From: Candidatus Poribacteria bacterium
Lineage (GTDB): Bacteria; Poribacteria; WGA-4E; WGA-3G
DNA length: 64,000 nt
Assembly: GCA_965205015.1 (NCBI GenBank)
Contig: OZ242029.1
Span: 1,696,001 to 1,760,000 of the forward strand
Direction of reading: 5' to 3'
Below are positions 57,504 through 64,000 of the stretch, piece after piece. A program made the translations under genes and the position numbers. The notes beneath the pieces are model-generated. The model did not search any database. It was not told the DNA's origin and was given only the letters and a program-made list of their open reading frames with translations. Position 1 is the stretch's first letter. Each line of letters starts with the position of its first letter.

Positions 57504-58826
57504 TTACCGAATGGAAATTCGTGCGTGAAAAGCATTGACGCTCCCTTTCTCACTAAACCAATCGCCGGTAGCCCCTAATTGAAAGACTTGGGCTTGATCG
57601 AACCGATAAGCGATTATTCCTGTTCCACCGGGCGGAATTCCCCATTCATGCGCGAGGGCTTTGTTAGGGAAGCCTTCAGTCGTAAGTTCACTGTCTCCCC
57701 TAAATAGATCGAATGAACCCGAGGCTTTGCCACTGCCGACCCGGATATCAATGGTTAACATGCCGCCAGCTTCAAACGCCGTGGCATCAATTTTGACAAC
57801 AGTATAATCCTGATGCCCTCTTTCGGGTGTCCGAAAAAAGTCTAATATTTCTGTTTGAATTTGCTGTGCTTTTTCTATTTGTGCTTGTGTCTCCTGCGTT
57901 TGCGGGCCTGTTACCCGCAGGATGTCTGCTTGCGGATTGGATCTGCTATTCTTTCCCGACATGTCCATCTTTCCCAGTTGTGTTCTCACAGCAGGTTTGG
58001 CTTTAATGATGGGTTCCAGCGTTGCCTCTACAATGTCAACCTTTATAGCAGGGATTGTCTCTAAACTGTAGGGGTGCTGGAAACGGGATAGGTATTCATT
58101 GCTTACGCCAAGCATGAGTGTCGCCAAAATAGCGATTGACGCCGCTATCGCCCATGGCACTACAGGTTTGCCATTTGTAGGAGGAACAGGTTTGATGCGG
58201 TTGGCTTCTCGTATAATATTCTCAGTTAGGTTGGCTGGCAATTGTACACTACTGAGTACTTCACTAACCAAAAGTTCTTCGCCTTGTGTCTGCAAACGCT
58301 TTCGCGCACGGCTAAGCCTACTTTTAATTGTGTTCGCCGATACACCCAAAAATTTGCTAATATCCTTCACTTTCATTTCGCCAAGGTAGTGGAGCGTCAC
58401 GACCGTACGTTCGCTCTCCGGCAGCCTTTGCAGAAGTCTTTTGACGATTTCATGTCGTTGTTCAGTCGTTTCCACGTCGAGCTGCTCCGATACATGATGG
58501 GTATAAGAGGCTTCTTCTATTTCTTCCACAGGTGTGTCCTCCAGCGATTGCATCATATATCTGTTCCTTTGAATCCAATTAATACAGAGTCGATCTACAA
58601 TGACATAAAGCCATCCAGCGAACTGATTGGGATCTTTTAGTGTTGAGAGTTTTTTGTGTACTTGAAGGAAAGCATCTTGCGTAATTTCTTCAGCGAGATG
58701 AAAGTCCCCAAGCTTGCGCCACGCCAGCGCGTGAACGCTCTTCTGATGTTTTCGGACCAATGCACCGAATGCCTCTTCATCCCCTGACAAAATTTTATGA
58801 ATCAGTTGAACATCGTTTTCTTCCAT
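57504..58826 (-). CDS. ECF sigma factor with a TM segment and an extracytoplasmic C-terminal domain
   Basis: Regions 2 and 4 (AEEITQDAF, FAGWLY, ISKFLGVSANTIKSRLSRAR), TM PWAIAASIAILATLMLG, and a ~115-aa C-terminal domain shared with both SelN-like proteins. Confidence 0.9.
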   Translation of the reverse strand: MEENDVQLIHKILSGDEEAFGALVRKHQKSVHALAWRKLGDFHLAEEITQDAFLQVHKKLSTLKDPNQFAGWLYVIVDRLCINWIQRNRYMMQSLEDTPVEEIEEASYTHHVSEQLDVETTEQRHEIVKRLLQRLPESERTVVTLHYLGEMKVKDISKFLGVSANTIKSRLSRARKRLQTQGEELLVSEVLSSVQLPANLTENIIREANRIKPVPPTNGKPVVPWAIAASIAILATLMLGVSNEYLSRFQHPYSLETIPAIKVDIVEATLEPIIKAKPAVRTQLGKMDMSGKNSRSNPQADILRVTGPQTQETQAQIEKAQQIQTEILDFFRTPERGHQDYTVVKIDATAFEAGGMLTIDIRVGSGKASGSFDLFRGDSELTTEGFPNKALAHEWGIPPGGTGIIAYRFDQAQVFQLGATGDWFSEKGSVNAFHARISIR

Positions 58827-58931
58827 CGGAATACTTCCTTTATGCTGTGCGTTCTTCTATCTGTTCAGATTGCGGGTTGCGAAATTTTCCCAGTCGCCAC
58901 CCTCAATAAATTACCCATTCTGCGGTTTGAA

Positions 58932-60836
58932 TCACTTGTTATCATAAATGAACCACACACCCTCCACTTTTCGCATCTTAACAGATATCTCCGGCGGCTG
59001 CGCCATCGGCATTTTTAATCGAAAGTGGAATTCATCACCCACATATTCGCTGCTCAACACCTCCATCTGACTTAACATTTGACGCACCTGAGGACGCATA
59101 TCCGCTGGCACATCCTCAAAATCATTTTCAAATGTTTCTCTGGCATCTCCTGTAAGCATCGAGCGTAGTGTCTCTGAATCGAGATTCTTAAATGCTTCCA
59201 CGAAAGCGTTCATCGTATCTTCCGCAGATTGCTCCGGGCGCGCTGATGACGCTTTTCTCGGCTCTGGTTTCCGATTCGGTTCGACAGAGATTTTTGCCCA
59301 AAAAGCGTTGACCAACCCTTTCTCACTGGACCAATTGCCGGTTACCCCCAACTTAAAGGGCTGCCCTCGGTCAAAAGGATGAACGATGTGTCCGCTCATG
59401 CCCGGCTCAATTTCCCACGCGGAAACCAGCGCATTATCAGGTATACCTGTCGTGGGAAGTTCCGTGTCTCCGGCGAACAGATCGAACGAACCCGGCACCT
59501 CGCCGTTGCCCACCCAGGTATCAATGGTAAGTGTACCGCCGTCTTCAAACAGTGTGGTGTCAATCTCAACGGTTGTGTAATCCTGATTGCCATGACCGGG
59601 CGCGCGAAAAATGTTCAGGATCTCCATTGAGGTTCGCTGAGCGTTGAGGGCGACGTGTCGGCTACTACCCAATCCGGGACGTTTCCCTTCTAATGATTCC
59701 ACGAGAAACCGTTGGTAAGCCTCGTCTATGTAGCGCATCGCATTGAATAGGTCATTGACCGGTTGACGTCCCATCAGTTCCAGATCGGGCGATATCACCA
59801 AACAATCTACCGGAGAATACCGCTTCCACCCACTAATAATTGTTCGTGCCAAGGGCTGCATTCCGTCAATTCCCTTTGCTTCACGTAATCTTTTCATATC
59901 GGTGTTCAGCACCCAGGTGTTGACAAACTTTTCGTTGAGCGATTCGATGATTCGGTCATTGGAGAGGACAACTGCCCTCAAGGTTTTTCCACTCCCTCAG
60001 CACGCCTCGTCGGTGAGGGGTCCATTGATCGAAACCACATGAATCGGCTTTCGCAGCGATCTTGCTATCTCTAACGCTTTGTCCATCGCTACCCATTTGA
60101 TTTGTTCCGACTTATAGAAACGGTGTATCAGTCTACGTTCCGCTTCTTCTTGGGTGATGGCTTGGGTGAATTGCGTGTCTGACGTGATAGCCTGTGTACC
60201 AGCAAGGAGTGATATTTGAGGACAAAAGCCGGCATCCGTACCGAAGTAGCGACTATTCTCGTGTTTCCGGTTCACATCGAAGTTGAGGGTGCCTTCAGGG
60301 ACGTACATCTCAAAGAAGGCGACTTTCGCCTGCGGACGGTCAATAACCAAACGACCGGCAAACTGGGACGGGGTGAACCAACCGTCCGCTAAGGCAAATT
60401 CTGCATGGATGCGAAACACAATTTCGGCAAAGAGATCATTGTAAGCGCGAAGCGTTGCCCATAACCCTGAGGAATCCACAGGACTGTGCATCTCCACGTA
60501 TGGGTTGGGGTGAAGTTGCTTCAGCAATTCCAGAATGCCCTCCGGTTTAACGTGCCACAGTTCGCCCACGGAGACAGGCTGATGCGGAAGAAATGCTTGA
60601 AAAACCGACGCTGCATATCGCTTTTCTGGTTCAGCGACTTTCAAGTTCGCTAATGTGTCCCAATTCACATGAAAGTTGTCGACTGTATACGCAATCGGAG
60701 CGATGAAGCCTTCGACGGAGACTTCTGACGTGCTGTCAAGGGTAAGTGTGATTTTGTTAGGTGTGGTGTTCTCATCAGCGTGAAGTTGTCCACTCATCAT
60801 CACCAGAATGAGAAATCCAATCGTTAGTGTTTTCAT
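58932..60836 (-). CDS. Selenoprotein N-like exported protein with an in-frame UGA (predicted selenocysteine), 634 aa by readthrough
   Basis: ORFs 59997..60836 and 58932..59981 are in the same frame, separated only by TGA GGG AGT GGA AAA ACC. Readthrough gives GPLTDEAC-U-GSGKTLRAVVLS, co-linear with the uninterrupted paralog 55709 and with the SELENON [10 protein letters not shown] motif. Confidence 0.85.
59960..59996 (-). promoter_or_regulatory. Putative bacterial SECIS element
   Basis: Immediately 3' of the UGA: lower pairing UGGA/UCCA, upper stem GAGGGC/GUCCUC, apical loop AGUU with 23 nt between UGA and loop. Confidence 0.7.
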
Positions 60837-60962
60837 TTTCTATCTCCTTGGTCATAATTAACATTCTATACCAACAACACCTATATAGAAAGTTGTTGCT
60901 TGCGTAAATTTTATAGTGAAGCCCACAATTATTTAAACTTTGTCTCACCCTTTTATAATTAA

Positions 60963-61171
60963 AGACACAGTTTTAGACAAAAAGGTTGCATAATGTCAAA
61001 GAGTGGGAAAATTTCAATTTTATAGCAAAGTCGAAAAATAAGTTAACACCTCAGGGAGTAGCAGCACCATCCTGCATCCCGCTGGCGAGGTTTCTAACCT
61101 CGCCCCAGTGTCCACGTAATTGTGGGACTTACTATAATCTAAAAGTTGGGAATTTTACTTACGAGAGATCC
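60963..61171 (-). promoter_or_regulatory. ECF-type promoter (TGCAACCTTTT...TGTCT) plus a REP-like module upstream of the SelN-like gene
   Basis: AAAAGGTTGCATAAT shared with 52282; GGCGAGGTTT..AACCTCGCC palindrome also present at about 57429. Confidence 0.5.
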
Positions 61172-61205
61172 TAAATAGGTTGGTCAGTCTAAATTTTGTA
61201 GTATG

Positions 61206-61233
61206 GCAGGAGCGAGCTGGCGCTCGCTCCTGC
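61206..61233. terminator. GC-rich hairpin
   Basis: GCAGGAGCGAG-ctggcg-CTCGCTCCTGC. Confidence 0.5.
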
Positions 61234-61359
61234 AGAAGATCGGGCAGCGCAGAATCCAAATGCATTTTAAATAATTTTTACCCGTAATTTTAAGGTGGAC
61301 AATCCATTAGACTTGCATTAGGTAGGATTGTGGACACAAATCCCTATTAAAAAATTAGC

Positions 61360-62073
61360 CTACTGTCGCTTCAGACGAATTTTGCCGGCAGCGGAGGACA
61401 ATTTCAGTAGCGGTCCACCCCCGTTAAGTGTTCCCTTTAATCTATTTTCTATGGTGTCACCTTGAGGTTGGATAGGGAAGTCGCTTGAGATTTTCCCTTG
61501 GGTTTGCGCGTCTATGTCAACGGCAATATCGGGGTGGAGCGTGACATCTATCGCTCCATCCATGGATGTGTGCAAGGTCCACGGATGTTGCGGTTGTACT
61601 GTCATTTCCGCACGGATATCTCCACCAGAGGCAGTTTTGAGCGTGACATTATACGAACGCGGGACTGTCACGTGAACTTCAACCGTCAACCACTTCAATC
61701 CGTCTTGCCAATATTCCCGCCCCTGCTTGAAGTTTCCTTCAACTCGGACATCGGATTCGGTATCTGAATCGTTGTGTTCAATTGTGAACTCAAAATCCTC
61801 AAGCAGGTCATCAATCCATTTACCAAAATTGGGTTTCAATATTCTAAATTTTGAGCTCCAGTCTTTTCTGGCGGTAATATCTACATGATGCTGATCTGTG
61901 GTTTCTATAGTGATCGTACCGTACTCTATGTCAACTGTTAGATGCCCGATAGAATTAACGGGGTACCCTGTCTGTATGACGTGCGAAATTTCCTTAATGC
62001 GTATGATGTAGAGAAGGACAACCACTCCCAGACACAAGATGAGAAAAATGACGAACCGCTTAGATTTTGTCAT
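61360..62073 (-). CDS. DUF4097/adhesin-like beta-strand protein
   Basis: N-terminal TM; VTVPRSYNVTLKTASGGDI, GTLNGGGPLLKLSSAAGKIRL. Confidence 0.7.
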   Translation of the reverse strand: MTKSKRFVIFLILCLGVVVLLYIIRIKEISHVIQTGYPVNSIGHLTVDIEYGTITIETTDQHHVDITARKDWSSKFRILKPNFGKWIDDLLEDFEFTIEHNDSDTESDVRVEGNFKQGREYWQDGLKWLTVEVHVTVPRSYNVTLKTASGGDIRAEMTVQPQHPWTLHTSMDGAIDVTLHPDIAVDIDAQTQGKISSDFPIQPQGDTIENRLKGTLNGGGPLLKLSSAAGKIRLKRQ

Positions 62074-62099
62074 TTAAGGATCCTTTTGTCGGAAGCTGT

Positions 62100-62987
62100 T
62101 TATTTGTCCCCCGCATCAGCAGATTTGACTTCATACGTCTTTAATTCAAGGGTTTTGACGGTGGTTGAAACCTTAAATAGAGGATGTGGAGGTGGAGGAA
62201 GCGTTTTCAGAAGGGTATCCTCCCTTTTTTGGTGAAACTTGACGATGCCGACCTCGGGTGCTACCCACAGCGTCGTAACGGATTCGCCGGGCGGATTCAT
62301 GGTCTGGTCAGGAGGAGATGTTTCCACTTTTGTCTCTGTCTGGTATTCAATCTTCAAACAGTTTTCAAAAGTACCGGCGGGTGTCTCAACATCTTCCGTG
62401 CCTAACACTTTGCCTGTTTCAACAATAGTGATTTCAAATATGATTTCTTCAGGAGCTTGTGGTGGATCAGATCGCATCGTAATTTTGGCTTTTATCTGTG
62501 TTGCCTCCCACGCTTCGTCGAAGGTGATAGACGTTGGAAGCACATAGAAAGAGTCTTCCGTCTCTGCTTCGATCTCGTAGAGAAGATCAAATCCCTCCAT
62601 CATCAGCCGTAAAATCGTCCGGAGGGTTCCCATCTCTTTGGTAAGGCGCGCCTTGATCGCTTTCTGTGCCGCATCCCCGACCAAGAACGTAACCTTCTCT
62701 TCACCAACCTTGTAGAAATTCGGATGGATGTGATAGTCATAATTTATCCAATCCTCCAAGGTCGGTTCATAGCTGAAGCTGCTATACGTCTCACCCTCAA
62801 TTTCTCTTTTCTCTACAGCCGACCGTGTTAATTCATTTCCATCCTGATCCTCGTAAACCCAGTAACTTCCAGGTGTCTCTGGAAAATATTGGATAGTTTC
62901 CGATGCATTGCCCATCAGTGCTGCACTGAGTCCACAGACAAGTAAAAGTGTAAAAAAGGTGCGAAATCTTTTCAACATTATAATCAC
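62100..62987 (-). CDS. Hypothetical exported protein
   Basis: Signal peptide; YFP...GSYWVY, VETPAGTFENCLKI, WVAPEVGIVK. Confidence 0.75.
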   Translation of the reverse strand: MIIMLKRFRTFFTLLLVCGLSAALMGNASETIQYFPETPGSYWVYEDQDGNELTRSAVEKREIEGETYSSFSYEPTLEDWINYDYHIHPNFYKVGEEKVTFLVGDAAQKAIKARLTKEMGTLRTILRLMMEGFDLLYEIEAETEDSFYVLPTSITFDEAWEATQIKAKITMRSDPPQAPEEIIFEITIVETGKVLGTEDVETPAGTFENCLKIEYQTETKVETSPPDQTMNPPGESVTTLWVAPEVGIVKFHQKREDTLLKTLPPPPHPLFKVSTTVKTLELKTYEVKSADAGDK

Positions 62988-63081
62988 GGTTGTTTCTCCT
63001 TTTGTTTGGTGACGAGCCGTTGATGCTCATTAGTGTTGATAGATAAAGTGCCGGGTTCCTTTCAGTATCCTTCGTGGGTGT

Positions 63082-64000
63082 TCACACCTCCGAACGTATA
63101 AAGATAAGAAATGCCCCCGAAAAAAATACGCCGAGGAGTAGAACGAGTAGCAGCAGATCCAAAGTCGCGGTATGGAGCGTATCGCTGAAGGCGATCTTAT
63201 CCTCAAATTTCGGAATCGCCTCACTTGAGAACGGCTTCTCGGACATGCCTTCAGGGATGCCGATGAGATGGCGACTTTGTGTGTCTGCTCTATCGGTTTC
63301 TACGATGAATTGTCGAAATTGTCTTGTGTAATCGTGCACGTGTTCTAAGTATTGCAGATGGCGGTTGAAACCGGTGCCAGCCATTGATTCAAGGGCGTAT
63401 TGGACAATCGCCGCCGGTGAAAACCGGGTCACCCCCCTTGCGCGTTGGACCTGTGCGATTTGTGCGTCTAAATACTCGCGGTTAAAGCGTTCTCGGGTTT
63501 CTACATCTCTGTTGACGAGTTCCGCCTTGAGCACCAGTTCTTCGTCACCTTCGACTTCCCACGCTGCCATGAGTTTTTCTGCTTCGGCTCTGGCAGCTTC
63601 AGGGGACGTTTCAAAAAGCTTCTGAAGTTCATCTAAGTTTAAAAGGTTAGGGGTCTTTTTTTCCTTGATTGCGTTCAATCGGTCATTATAGTCTGTGTCA
63701 ATCTGCTTAAGGGCAGCGTCTCTTGCGGCATGAAATTGATCAATCGTTTGGAGCGGTGGCATCCATTTTGTGGAGAGGGTACCGAGGGTCGACGGCATAA
63801 AAACCACGGTGGCTACCCAAATCAGTAGCAGAATAACCAGACTCACCCGAGGTTCTCGCGTGCCAGCGGAGATCATCAGCCCCAATCCAACAAAGATACC
63901 GGCGTAACTGAAAGCAATTAACAGAATCAACCCCAAACGTCCCCAATCGGCTGCGCTCAGTTGTGTCCAACTGTCGACAGAGATCACCGTCAAATTCAGC
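63082..64000 (-). CDS. ABC-2 type permease, 3' part (gene begins beyond the window)
   Basis: Paralog of 52612 (VFMPSTLGTL, TRFSPAAIVQYALESM). Confidence 0.85.
   Translation of the reverse strand, partial: LNLTVISVDSWTQLSAADWGRLGLILLIAFSYAGIFVGLGLMISAGTREPRVSLVILLLIWVATVVFMPSTLGTLSTKWMPPLQTIDQFHAARDAALKQIDTDYNDRLNAIKEKKTPNLLNLDELQKLFETSPEAARAEAEKLMAAWEVEGDEELVLKAELVNRDVETRERFNREYLDAQIAQVQRARGVTRFSPAAIVQYALESMAGTGFNRHLQYLEHVHDYTRQFRQFIVETDRADTQSRHLIGIPEGMSEKPFSSEAIPKFEDKIAFSDTLHTATLDLLLLVLLLGVFFSGAFLIFIRSEV

Noticed and set aside
59997-59999. TGA read as a true stop or nonsense mutation splitting two genes
   Set aside because: It falls exactly at the Sec position of the SELENON CUGS motif, the frame continues, the paralog is continuous and a SECIS-like hairpin follows.

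Overview
A 64 kb bacterial window. The gene repertoire (many ECF sigma factors including one with a TM-anchored C-terminal extension, a PhyH-HEAT fusion, paired ABC-2 permeases, short REP-like repeats) suggests Candidatus Poribacteria or a relative; this is inferred, not tested. There are three zones. (1) About 1-23.4 kb is an accessory island with several dynamin-like/IniA-IniC-like genes (intact, degenerate and remnant), an Hsp70-NBD/ankyrin fusion, three C39-like cysteine peptidases (two with EF-hands, one catalytically dead), four divergent membrane-hairpin paralogs and four tandem sigma-like genes with two private promoter motifs. (2) About 23.4-27.2 kb is a tandem duplication of a [PcfJ-like gene + full-length tmRNA] unit. 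(3) About 27.8-64 kb holds housekeeping and metabolic genes (ftsY, ABC-F, homoserine kinase, XPB/DUF790, PhyH-HEAT, HIT and others), ending in a minus-strand cluster with two bacterial homologs of animal Selenoprotein N (SELENON). The top finding is that one of these is split by the ORF caller at an in-frame UGA in the motif DEAC-U-GSGKTLR, followed by a bacterial SECIS-like hairpin. It is very likely an unannotated exported bacterial SelN selenoprotein, next to a Gly-substituted paralog and an ECF sigma factor sharing a domain with both.
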